Shown: positions 15,844 through 24,964 of the stretch, one piece after another
Layout of the letters: every line of letters starts with the position of its first letter
Numbering within the stretch: position 1 is the stretch's first letter
The notes under the pieces: generated by a model
Told to the model about the DNA's origin: nothing
The model's input: the letters and a program-made list of their open reading frames with translations, nothing else
Database searches by the model: none
Translations under genes and position numbers: made by a program
Virus record (IMG/VR): IMGVR_UViG_3300005253_000273
Span: 1-52,257 of that record
From: a virus
Taxonomy: Duplodnaviria; Caudoviricetes
Length of the DNA: 52,257 nucleotides
Strand: one strand, 5' to 3'

Positions 15844-17512
15844 TGTTTTCTCTCGGTATGTAAATATCGTAAAGGATACGGAATATCTCCACACGCTTGG
15901 AGACTGATCCCGCGAATCGAAGACTCAAACGGTTTCCGGGTTTGAGTATTCCATACTTTCTGATTGTTCTTGAAGAAGTCTTTAAGAGTGGGAGTGTCGT
16001 GGAGACTTCATTAATAAACATGGTTGGAGTCAGTGTTTCATCCTGGGTATCTGCCTCAATGAATATATTCCTGATTACTGCGTCCTTATCCGGGTCCATT
16101 GCCAGAGTAGGAATCTCCCACTCAACATCAATTGCTGTGGCATCATCAAGAACACTTCCTACATTCTCCAGCAACTGAATCTTAGCAGCAACAGTTGCTT
16201 GGAGACTGCCTGTTTCTCTTTCGTAGAATAAAGCATTTGTGCCGACTCCGACATTTCTCCAAGTTTTCTTTATTAGGTTGTAAGCAAGAGTCACTGACGT
16301 ATCAGAAATAATATACTCAGTTTCAGTAACTGTTGCAACAATTCCAGTGAAGCCTATAATGTCCTCTAGAGTTTCTCCTTTGAAGATGCCTTCAATTGGA
16401 CCTATATTCAAGGGTTCTGATTTGATTCCGTTGAATATCTGGATTGAATTCTGGCCTTGGTAGATAATTCCATCAGAAGTTTCAGCCACTGTAAAAGACT
16501 GAGTTGTTCCTGGTGCTCCTCCGATTCCATTGACAGTGAATATTCCTTCAGTGCCTGATCCAGTCACCTCGAATATGGTTGTAGGACTGAAACAGTAAAG
16601 AACTCCTTTCCAAGAAACTGCAGGATTGATTTTATCATCATCACTACTTACATCTACATTGCCTTCTACTGCCTCAGCTCGGCCTTCAGGAGAGAAAGAG
16701 ATTCTGCCTCTGGCTCCAAGAGTGGAATCATTAAACCACCACATTCTTCCGCCATGAGGACCAACACAGCCATTAAAGGCATCCAGAGGAGGAGTGTTAT
16801 CGAGTGGAAGCTCAGTCGCTCCACTGAGAGCACTATCAGGATCGTTGTCAGTAAAAATCGTAGTGACATTATCAGCAATTGTCGCCAGTAAAAAGAAACT
16901 CGTTCCACCTGATACAGTACGCCAGATTTCTCTGGCATCAACTTGGGAGTCTGAGGATACGGGGATAGATGAGAGGTCTGCCTTATCAGAGGAAAGCGTT
17001 ACAGATGCTGCTAAAGGATTTGAGTTGGAACGAGTTCCTGTGGCTGTGTTTGTGAAGGTTATCTTGTACTGATAGTCTCCAGTAAGGACTCCTGCAACTC
17101 CAACAGCTGCTGAAGGATTAGTGAGTGGAGCGTCTATACCCCACTGGGTTACTGTTCCACTGGAATTGATCTTAAAGAGGTCTCCGCCTCCGGCGACAAA
17201 TAAGCTATCCTCGACACCAAGAGTAGGAGGCATCTTGGCGAACCGGAGGCGATCTCCTGTGAGTCCTGTTTTGGCCGAGACTCCATCTCTAAAGAATATT
17301 GTAGTAGCTCCGGCAAACCGGAGATTATTGAATTCAAATAGAGAATGAGCATCTAAAGACTTTACGAGCTGGGAACCATTTCTGGACTTCATAGTAGTCA
17401 GGGAGTCTGGGTGAAGTCCCTTGTTGCGTCTCTGGGTATTATCAGGGAGCTGGTCACTCCGGCCTTCTAGGAATAGTCCACCATCAAATCTGTTGAATGT
17501 AATATCAGGCAT
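15818..17512 (-). CDS. tail nozzle / DNA stabilisation protein (P22 gp10 / T7 gp12-like)
   Basis: FDGGL N-terminus, beta-propeller-like repeats, inserted YQYKITF..SNSNP..REIWRT..FFLLATI..TTIFTD domain. Confidence 0.7.
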   Translation of the reverse strand: MPDITFNRFDGGLFLEGRSDQLPDNTQRRNKGLHPDSLTTMKSRNGSQLVKSLDAHSLFEFNNLRFAGATTIFFRDGVSAKTGLTGDRLRFAKMPPTLGVEDSLFVAGGGDLFKINSSGTVTQWGIDAPLTNPSAAVGVAGVLTGDYQYKITFTNTATGTRSNSNPLAASVTLSSDKADLSSIPVSSDSQVDAREIWRTVSGGTSFFLLATIADNVTTIFTDNDPDSALSGATELPLDNTPPLDAFNGCVGPHGGRMWWFNDSTLGARGRISFSPEGRAEAVEGNVDVSSDDDKINPAVSWKGVLYCFSPTTIFEVTGSGTEGIFTVNGIGGAPGTTQSFTVAETSDGIIYQGQNSIQIFNGIKSEPLNIGPIEGIFKGETLEDIIGFTGIVATVTETEYIISDTSVTLAYNLIKKTWRNVGVGTNALFYERETGSLQATVAAKIQLLENVGSVLDDATAIDVEWEIPTLAMDPDKDAVIRNIFIEADTQDETLTPTMFINEVSTTLPLLKTSSRTIRKYGILKPGNRLSLRFAGSVSKRVEIFRILYDIYIPRENNVPLQQQG

Positions 17513-17807
17513 TGGCTATAACTCCCAGATTTCTAAGGACCGGAAGAATTGCATTAATTGCTGTTTGGTTCTGTCCTGAAGAACCTGCTGAGTCCGATAT
17601 TGCATCTGCTTGAACTACTGGAGTTGCTGAGTAGAATCCTATTGTGGTTCCTGTATGCTTAATAGGACCGAACAGTTCTGTCGAGTATCCATCAAAGCCT
17701 TCAATCCTTTGAAGCTGAATTGTAATCCTCTGAAGGATTGTATTCAGGTCTACAACTAAATCCTGTAGATTCTCTGTTGGTTTGATTCTATAAGGTTCTC
17801 TGGCCAT
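17505..17807 (-). CDS. small tail-associated protein
   Basis: IGFYSATPVVQ...INAIL..LRNLGVI motif; ATG at 17807. Confidence 0.55.
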   Translation of the reverse strand: MAREPYRIKPTENLQDLVVDLNTILQRITIQLQRIEGFDGYSTELFGPIKHTGTTIGFYSATPVVQADAISDSAGSSGQNQTAINAILPVLRNLGVIANA

Positions 17808-18378
17808 TAAGCACCATATCAGCAAGTTGGTTGCAGACTTCAGCAAAGTCTGGATCTTGGTATTTGGATTCTTTCTGGAATTCCTTTGATACTACTTTCA
17901 GGGCAATCGGTAAATCCATCCAGTCCGGGTTCTCATTCTGGACTTTTGTATGAATAAGTCCTACAGAGTATTCAGGAAAGTCTCTTCCCAATGGTTCTCC
18001 AAGAAGAAATGCAAAGTCTTTACTTGAAATCTGGGGCTCTGGAACCAGTCTGAATTGCTTTGATGTCTCGGATTCTACTACATAGAATTCCGGTGGTCCC
18101 TTTAGATCCTTCCAGTTTCTATTGTGAACACTCATGGATGACAAGGGCTCCCTAAAGACTATTTCAGAATCATAGAACATTTCAAGGATAAGACCCACAT
18201 CATCGGGAATTGTATATTGAGAAGTTTCAGCGGTTATTTCAATAAGTCTGACATCTGTAAACAGGGGTTTCAGACTAAGCTCCTTCATCGTATTTTGATA
18301 AAAAGACTCAGTGGTTCCAGCTTCATTCTGCGTCAAGGCCATATCAGAAACCAAGGACTCTACAATTGCTTTACTCAT
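17788..18378 (-). CDS. head-tail adaptor-like protein (paralogue 3)
   Basis: SQYTIPDD, GPPEFY, LVPEP pattern. Confidence 0.6.
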   Translation of the reverse strand: MSKAIVESLVSDMALTQNEAGTTESFYQNTMKELSLKPLFTDVRLIEITAETSQYTIPDDVGLILEMFYDSEIVFREPLSSMSVHNRNWKDLKGPPEFYVVESETSKQFRLVPEPQISSKDFAFLLGEPLGRDFPEYSVGLIHTKVQNENPDWMDLPIALKVVSKEFQKESKYQDPDFAEVCNQLADMVLNGQRTL

Positions 18379-18952
18379 CTCTGTAATCTCCTAAATCCTT
18401 CTGGAGCTTTTGAATCAACTCAACAGCAGGCTTAAAGTCTCGTTGCCGAATTAAAAGTACGGCAGTAGACAGGTCACTGACAAGCGGGACTGCATGATCT
18501 GGAAGACTCATATCCTGGTCTTCTCCGGGAATCAATCCCAAGTCTTTGATATAAGTCAGAGTAACCGTTGCTGGGTCTACTAGCACAGGGTAGATCAGTA
18601 AAAGGTCTAATCCGATCTGAGCAAATACTTGGGGTTCTCCTTGAATACTTCTCGGCCATGAGATATCTACATTCTTGAGGAACTGGAAGTTTGTCTTGAC
18701 TAACTCCTCTCCGCGATAAGCAGCTTCAGTGACTATGAGAGCGTCTGTAAAGATTCCAGTTAGATCATAAATCAGTTTCTTTGGTCGAAGTGTTAAAGTT
18801 CCAGTTGTTGTGACTGATCCAGTGAACCTGTTGATGATTCTTTGAGCATGGGATATGATATCCAAAGCAAAACTTCTTGAATGACCTGCTCCAGCTTCAT
18901 CACGTACTCTTCTCAGAATCTCAGTAACAATTACTCCAGCCGTAGTCGTCAT
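18371..18952 (-). CDS. head-tail adaptor-like protein (paralogue 2)
   Basis: IYDL, GEPQVF, LIYPV, LTY pattern. Confidence 0.6.
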   Translation of the reverse strand: MTTTAGVIVTEILRRVRDEAGAGHSRSFALDIISHAQRIINRFTGSVTTTGTLTLRPKKLIYDLTGIFTDALIVTEAAYRGEELVKTNFQFLKNVDISWPRSIQGEPQVFAQIGLDLLLIYPVLVDPATVTLTYIKDLGLIPGEDQDMSLPDHAVPLVSDLSTAVLLIRQRDFKPAVELIQKLQKDLGDYRDE

Positions 18953-19899
18953 CAGGTCAAAGATGTCCAAGTTAAGAGAATATGATCCCTAGCTGTTCTT
19001 ACATCTCCCCGAAATTCACCTCGTGTAGAGCCATAAGACTCCAGAATAAACTTTGCATCCTCTACTGATTCATTATTGGCTATGAAATCTGTTCGGGCAT
19101 TTCTCCAGATAGTTCTTTGACGGGATGCCATATTTCCCCAAGTGGCTCCTACATCTGCATTTCCAGCTTCTAAGGATTGAGACATCTTGTGTTCGTAAAT
19201 ATTCATTTTGACTCCCTCAATAATCATGTAGGAGTCTATGAAATTGGGAACTTCTTGGTGGCCCTCAAACTTCTCCAGTTTTAAGTATCCTGTATAAGCT
19301 ACAAGAACATCTTCACTGGTGTACGGATAGAATTCAATAACTCGTTCTTCGTTGTCATTGATTCCTACCTCAGAAAAAATCAGTGGGCCTCCATCTCTTT
19401 GCGTTCTTCCGGGTTCTGCAAGATCAAGATCATCCAGCATGATTCTGGATATAGGAGTGTTATGCTTTAGATTCCGCATAGCTCCTATGGCACGAATGTT
19501 TTTGGGGAAGGCAATTGTACGTGGAGCTATGGTGTAGCTACTGGCAGTAACTGTATCATCGAACCAATTGGAGCGGAGAGTGATTTGGTTATTAGCGAAT
19601 CCAGCAATCTCGAACCAGCCGTTCTTGGAGTCGGCTTTGAGATATCTACCTACAAGCAAGTTACTCCAAGCAGCTTGAGCGGTAGCATCTCCAGTAACTG
19701 TCTTAGAACCCTGAGTAGCTGTCATCGTTCCTGCTGTAACTGTTGCAGGAATAGTCAACTCCAGTAACCTACGAAGAGGCTTTGCAAGCGTAGCTGTGCT
19801 GAGTTCTACAATTCGATCCGAGACCCATTTCTGGGCAAAAAGCGGATCAACTCCAACTGTGTCTCCAATAGCAGACTGAGCAGTCTCCCTGACGTTCAT
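18952..19899 (-). CDS. head-tail adaptor-like protein with inserted beta domain (paralogue 1)
   Basis: GGPLIF, IEFYPY pattern; TAGTMTATQGSKTVTG insert; directly downstream of capsid; GGAGG RBS. Confidence 0.6.
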   Translation of the reverse strand: MNVRETAQSAIGDTVGVDPLFAQKWVSDRIVELSTATLAKPLRRLLELTIPATVTAGTMTATQGSKTVTGDATAQAAWSNLLVGRYLKADSKNGWFEIAGFANNQITLRSNWFDDTVTASSYTIAPRTIAFPKNIRAIGAMRNLKHNTPISRIMLDDLDLAEPGRTQRDGGPLIFSEVGINDNEERVIEFYPYTSEDVLVAYTGYLKLEKFEGHQEVPNFIDSYMIIEGVKMNIYEHKMSQSLEAGNADVGATWGNMASRQRTIWRNARTDFIANNESVEDAKFILESYGSTRGEFRGDVRTARDHILLTWTSLT

Positions 19900-19919
19900 G
19901 AGGAACCTCCAGAGAAGGA

Positions 19920-20819
19920 TTAACCAGTGCTGCCGTAGACACCACGCCAAGAACCATGATCCCCATCGGTGTGGTTCTGGTAAACAGTAAAGACCGCATT
20001 CTTGGATCGGGGGTCATCAAAGGAATCAAAGATCGGAGTGTTCATCCACTTGAAGTGAAGATCGTGTTGATCCTTGTTAGCTAACATGAACCAATTCGTA
20101 CTAGTTGTCAGATAATGATATACAAAGATTTTCAGCTCATCGTCTACAAGGGAGTTGATCTCATTGTTTGCCGTAAAAGGTCTGGATGAAGATCCCAGGA
20201 TTTCACGGGCAACAAACCTGTTTGCAGGATCAATCAATACAATGGATGGAGACAAAAGGCTTGGAAGACCACGGCCATTGACCAGAGTTTCAAACGCTTG
20301 GATTCCATCTTGAAGTCCTGTAATTGATAACCCGATATCTACAGCTGGCCTGTTGGCAATCGTCTGACCACCTGGAGTTGTATGACTTGTTGAACATAAA
20401 GCATCACCATCAAAACCTGCAAAATTACCGTCAAAAGCATTATTAAAAACTAATGCTGCACTTACTTCCATCCGGTTTCTGGATGAACGAGCAAGCTCTT
20501 GAGACATCTGACCCATGACACCAAATAGATCTTGGTGCCACATTTCAAATGTGACTTCCATTGCCAATCCACGAGGGATTGAAGTTCGGGTTATATTGCC
20601 GCCTGCAATTGGCTGGTCGAGTGTAAACTGTTGCCCTTCAGGTTTTGTCGGCATAACTCCAAGACCGGCAAATTCTTGGTCTTGTTCATTTTGCCGAACC
20701 ATATTACTAACGTTCAGAACTTCTTTGAATTCCAGAGGCCGCTCTCTGCGGGTATCCAGATAAATCCGATCAATAGCTGGATTAAGAAGCTCCGCAAATC
20801 CACTTGTTGCGTTAATCAT
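19920..20819 (-). CDS. major capsid protein (HK97 fold, Mu gpT-like)
   Basis: GLG.MPTKPEG, FDGDALCSTSH, P.IVLI, YLTTSTNWF, WRGVYGSTG; AGGAGG RBS; follows scaffold and decoration genes. Confidence 0.85.
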   Translation of the reverse strand: MINATSGFAELLNPAIDRIYLDTRRERPLEFKEVLNVSNMVRQNEQDQEFAGLGVMPTKPEGQQFTLDQPIAGGNITRTSIPRGLAMEVTFEMWHQDLFGVMGQMSQELARSSRNRMEVSAALVFNNAFDGNFAGFDGDALCSTSHTTPGGQTIANRPAVDIGLSITGLQDGIQAFETLVNGRGLPSLLSPSIVLIDPANRFVAREILGSSSRPFTANNEINSLVDDELKIFVYHYLTTSTNWFMLANKDQHDLHFKWMNTPIFDSFDDPRSKNAVFTVYQNHTDGDHGSWRGVYGSTG

Positions 20820-20832
20820 TGCTGCCTCCTTA

Positions 20833-21306
20833 TCAAGTTGTATTCATAAGTAAAGCATCTTTGATGAATACAAAGTATACCCTACCGTTCGTTGTTCCTA
20901 TTGCGTCCTTGAAGCCAACTACCCGGACACTGGGATTGGTATTGTCGGTTTTATCCACAAACCACTCAGTGCCGGTTAACGTCATAGGATAATCCTCAAA
21001 TAAATCCACAGCTGCAATATCTCCTGCTGAAATACTGGTTCCAATGTTTCCTTCAAAGACTACTCCAGAGACATCGGCTGGAACATAGAGTGTATCTGTT
21101 CCAGTTGTTGTAGATGCAGCCGCAGTAGCAATGCCGATAATGTCTGCTACAGGTTCGTTTCCAGCTTCTTGGATTTCACCTGTTGCCAGATCAGGGATCA
21201 GAATAGATCCTCTTTCCCATGTCTGGGAAGCATCCTCCGGGCCATTTCTTATGGGAATAGCCACCAGACCCTCTAACTTACCTACTGTTATTTCTTGAAC
21301 TGCCAT
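20833..21306 (-). CDS. capsid decoration/cement protein
   Basis: Beta-rich 157 aa (IIGIATAAA, VVFEG) immediately upstream of MCP. Confidence 0.6.
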   Translation of the reverse strand: MAVQEITVGKLEGLVAIPIRNGPEDASQTWERGSILIPDLATGEIQEAGNEPVADIIGIATAAASTTTGTDTLYVPADVSGVVFEGNIGTSISAGDIAAVDLFEDYPMTLTGTEWFVDKTDNTNPSVRVVGFKDAIGTTNGRVYFVFIKDALLMNTT

Positions 21307-21308
21307 GT

Positions 21309-21992
21309 TTACCTCCTGTTGATCTGCATCCCAGGAAGATTTCCAGTCCTGAGCGCATTATCGAGTTTCATTTTGAATTCATTACCGAATAAAGAAAAGT
21401 TCGCATCGTTTTTATATTTGTTATAGGCAGCTTCTCCTCCAGCAGCATTACAGCTAAGAGCTACTTCAACCAGAGAAGAATCTGTTCCATACTGCCTTTC
21501 TAAGGACTTCCTGCGTTTCGCCAGTTCCAGAAGAGCATAGTGATCTTTACGGCAGCGCATTAGAAGAACATCTCCGATGGTACAGGTGTTCTCTGCTGAA
21601 ACCTTAAAGCCTTTAGCATCTGGATCATTACCCATAACTACACTCCAAGGATGCTTCCACTCACCGTTCACTTTAATCTTCTCAGCCAGCCTAATCTCTA
21701 CCATACGAGATGGGTGATCTACCGGGTGCTTGCATTGGGTCCAAGCATATTCAAACTTTGGATCGGCGCAAGGAGGGTATAGGAAGCCTTTGTCGATGTC
21801 ATTAAGGATTTCATTGTCAGGCTCCATCTTGGAGGGATCAACAGCAAAAGACTCATTTGATTTCTGATCGATCTGTTCTTCCAGCTGATCCGTTCTTTTC
21901 TTGAGTACCTCCTGCCTTTCATCACCAGGAGGAGGGAGATTAGGCTCTATTGGCTGTGGTAATCCGAATTCGTCTTGATTTAGTTGTACCAT
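21309..21992 (-). CDS. hypothetical head-module protein
   Basis: FEYAW...W.VV...IGDVLLMRC; located between scaffold and decoration genes. Confidence 0.6.
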   Translation of the reverse strand: MVQLNQDEFGLPQPIEPNLPPPGDERQEVLKKRTDQLEEQIDQKSNESFAVDPSKMEPDNEILNDIDKGFLYPPCADPKFEYAWTQCKHPVDHPSRMVEIRLAEKIKVNGEWKHPWSVVMGNDPDAKGFKVSAENTCTIGDVLLMRCRKDHYALLELAKRRKSLERQYGTDSSLVEVALSCNAAGGEAAYNKYKNDANFSLFGNEFKMKLDNALRTGNLPGMQINRR

Positions 21993-22864
21993 TCGAATTC
22001 CTCCTCCATTTTCTTGTTCTCGTCTTCGACTTTCTGGAGGTCTTTAAATCCGTCAGTAAATCGTTTGACTCTTTTGGATTTCAGGGTTCCATCTTCCTTT
22101 TCTTCATAGTCTCTAAAAGGCATTGAGCTTCCTACTTTTTTAAGGAACTGGTCTGCATCAATGTTTTTCTGCTCCAGAAGACTCTGAGCTCTATCACTAT
22201 AAACTTCCTCAGGTTTCTGTCCTTCATCCATCGGTTCACCTCTTCCGTTTTTGCCCCCGCCTGGAATTAAGACTCCTCCATTCTCTTCAGCTTGGCGGAG
22301 CATCTTTTCTTTCTCCTCTTTAAGGATTTCCTCCATGTGTTTCCCAGTCACATAAGCATAGGCTTCAGGAACCATAGATGGATCGGAGCTGCCTGATTTG
22401 TTGACTACCTCCATGATCTCTGACCTGTAACGTGAAAAGTGGGGCATTTTAGAGTTGGCTTCTGCCTGCTGGATTGCAAGAGAGGAAATCTGACTTCCGC
22501 CGAGTTGCTGGAGGTTGGTAATCTTTTCTTCGTGGGCTTTGGACTGGGAATCCAAGCGGTTATCGTAATACTCCATTAACTTGGAGGCATCTCCTTCATC
22601 TTGCATATGTCGGAGAGCTTCTTCTTTGGTGACTGTTGGAGTTGGGGGAAGAGGTTGCTGCTGCGTATTCTGGTTGTTCAGGGAATTAATGAGCTGGGTT
22701 TCTCGGCCCTTGTAGAGATCACGCTCCGATTGGAGTTTCTCTTCATGTTGCTTTGTGACTTCTGCAATCTTTTGATCGAGCTGCTCTTGAGTGATAGGCT
22801 GGGGGTCTTGCTGAGGTTTTTCATCAGCTTGGGCCTGCCCTTTGTTGGTTGGTTCCGTAGCCAT
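21980..22864 (-). CDS. scaffolding protein
   Basis: Charged, helical, Q/E/K-rich; between portal and capsid. Confidence 0.65.
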   Translation of the reverse strand: MATEPTNKGQAQADEKPQQDPQPITQEQLDQKIAEVTKQHEEKLQSERDLYKGRETQLINSLNNQNTQQQPLPPTPTVTKEEALRHMQDEGDASKLMEYYDNRLDSQSKAHEEKITNLQQLGGSQISSLAIQQAEANSKMPHFSRYRSEIMEVVNKSGSSDPSMVPEAYAYVTGKHMEEILKEEKEKMLRQAEENGGVLIPGGGKNGRGEPMDEGQKPEEVYSDRAQSLLEQKNIDADQFLKKVGSSMPFRDYEEKEDGTLKSKRVKRFTDGFKDLQKVEDENKKMEEEFEWYN

Positions 22865-23069
22865 GTGATTGTGACTCCTTTTGAGATTCTTCTAGTTCGA
22901 GAAGGATTTGACGGAGCACCGAAACGCAACCCTGAGTAAACTTAAGCTGTTCAGGATCAAGCCTCCAGTCTTCAAGCTGGTCTCTAAAGTGTTTGATCTT
23001 TGCTTGAATGTCCGCTTCAAAACTTTCATATGCTTCTTTATTAGACTCCAGATACGTAATCCATCTCAT
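22824..23069 (-). CDS. small protein downstream of portal
   Basis: QG...LRQIL motif; GGAG RBS. Confidence 0.6.
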   Translation of the reverse strand: MRWITYLESNKEAYESFEADIQAKIKHFRDQLEDWRLDPEQLKFTQGCVSVLRQILLELEESQKESQSHGYGTNQQRAGPS

Positions 23070-23104
23070 GATAAGTTCTCCTGTAAAGTGTATGAAAAGG
23101 TAGG

Positions 23105-24964
23105 TTAAGTGGTGGGTTGGAGGGCTCCTGCTGGATTCTGTTGGTCCAGTCCATCGAGAGCATTCATCAGGAAACCTAATTCGTTCATAGTGCTTTGATC
23201 TTGAACCGCTGCTGCCTGATCCAGTTCCTGTCCAAATTCTATTATAAACGCTTTTGGGTCTCGAATGGTATCCATTTGTCGAGCTATGCGTTCAACCAGT
23301 TCTCCGGCAGCTTTGGAAATCTTTAAAGCGATATCTCTCATTGGAGCGGGTGTTTGAGGATTCGTAGCAATAGCTCCAAGCTGAGTGATCTTCTCCCAAT
23401 ACTGTAGCATAATCTGAGATATCTGCAACAGTGATTGTAAACGGGAACCTTGAGAGGTACGGTCTGAAGTTGCTGTCAATTCTATGATTACAGACTCATC
23501 AAAGTCTTCTCGTTTGAACATGTCGATAACCATCTGGCCTCTGCCGTCTCCAAGGATATCTTTAATATGCTGACTTACAGAAGCATTCCCGGCTTTGATT
23601 TGTTCTTGGTATCTAAAAGCTCCCTGTTTTATAGAGTTTGAGAGTCCAAAACGCATGGAATCAAAAGAAGCTACAAAGCGACTGTTCTGTTGAGCGAACC
23701 CAAGCTGGGCTGTAGTAGCAGGAGTTCTGGATGACAGGATTCCACTGGGTCGTTGGGAGGTCATCTCGCTGATGCCCACTAATTCCTTTGCCATATTCAT
23801 TGAAATGATTTCAGCTTGGGGAGCGGAGTTGTAGACATCTGCCATCTGCTCCCCTTGAAGATCATCAGGATTCTGCATATTAATTTGCACTCCTGGATAA
23901 ATCGTCATATTCTCTGGAATACCCGCTCCACGTTTGACTTTCCACATTCGAGTATTTGCCAGAAGCATATTCAGGTTTCGGTAGTTATGGATGTCGGAGA
24001 TTTCCTGCTGGAAGGGTCCGAGTTTTTCCATCATTCCCATACCGTAACCTAAGAAGGCTCTTTTCTGGTAGGTCATTAGCTCTATAGGTTTCCGGTCGTA
24101 AGGATTGTACCGAAGTTTCATAATTCTTCGAGAGTGTCTGTCAAAAGTAACTAGGAGTTCTTCCTCGCATCCGTCATTGTCTATGTCATAATCTACATAG
24201 CAATCAAGGACTTCATAGATCTCCCCGGTTCGATTATGATGAGTCTTTCCGAGAGCTTCTCGTTTAGACCTGACCCAACCAACTGCGGCTGCTGGAGTTG
24301 CGACTTCAGTATTCCAGCCAAATGTTTTACGATTGAATTCCAAGTCCCACTCATTGAGATAAGAACGCAACCAGAGCCGAGGCATGTTTTGGACTGCTTG
24401 GAAAGAACCTGCCGGAAGGATTACATCCTCGATAGGCCAAGGCATGACTTGAGGATGGGAAGTAATGATCTTATGGACTTTGGTTTTCCTTCGGTTTGTG
24501 ATCCAGGGAGTAAACAGGGCTCCAGTTCCGAGTTGGATTACATCCATGAATGAATGCTCTGCTGCGTTCCTGACATCCATCTCCTGACGGACGGACCAAT
24601 TCAGAAAGTCTTCTACTGCTTTCTTGTGTTCTATGAATTCTCCGCGTCCAGGAGAGAGGGCAACTGTGATTAGAGGAGCTATGTTGAATACTGTTTGAAG
24701 GGAGATGGAATAGAAGATATCCACTCCCAGCATTCCAACAGGGATTTCTATGTTGGGAGCATTTTCAACTGGGATGTTTCTGACTTTTTGCTTGGGTTGG
24801 GCATCGTACTGACGAAGTGCTTCTCTCCAAGAGACTTCCTGTCGCCAACGTGCCGAGAGATCGTCTTCCAGATTGTTTCCGAGGAATCTTTCCAAGTCAT
24901 CAATAGCCCCCTGTTTGGGTTGGAGCTTCTCAATTTCCTGATGCGTAGTTACAATTTTCGGCAT
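23105..24964 (-). CDS. portal protein (P22/T7-like)
   Basis: ~619 aa from ATG 24964; QLGTGA, YDIDNDG.EE, GYGM...L..FQ.EI, TPATTAQ. Confidence 0.85.
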   Translation of the reverse strand: MPKIVTTHQEIEKLQPKQGAIDDLERFLGNNLEDDLSARWRQEVSWREALRQYDAQPKQKVRNIPVENAPNIEIPVGMLGVDIFYSISLQTVFNIAPLITVALSPGRGEFIEHKKAVEDFLNWSVRQEMDVRNAAEHSFMDVIQLGTGALFTPWITNRRKTKVHKIITSHPQVMPWPIEDVILPAGSFQAVQNMPRLWLRSYLNEWDLEFNRKTFGWNTEVATPAAAVGWVRSKREALGKTHHNRTGEIYEVLDCYVDYDIDNDGCEEELLVTFDRHSRRIMKLRYNPYDRKPIELMTYQKRAFLGYGMGMMEKLGPFQQEISDIHNYRNLNMLLANTRMWKVKRGAGIPENMTIYPGVQINMQNPDDLQGEQMADVYNSAPQAEIISMNMAKELVGISEMTSQRPSGILSSRTPATTAQLGFAQQNSRFVASFDSMRFGLSNSIKQGAFRYQEQIKAGNASVSQHIKDILGDGRGQMVIDMFKREDFDESVIIELTATSDRTSQGSRLQSLLQISQIMLQYWEKITQLGAIATNPQTPAPMRDIALKISKAAGELVERIARQMDTIRDPKAFIIEFGQELDQAAAVQDQSTMNELGFLMNALDGLDQQNPAGALQPTT

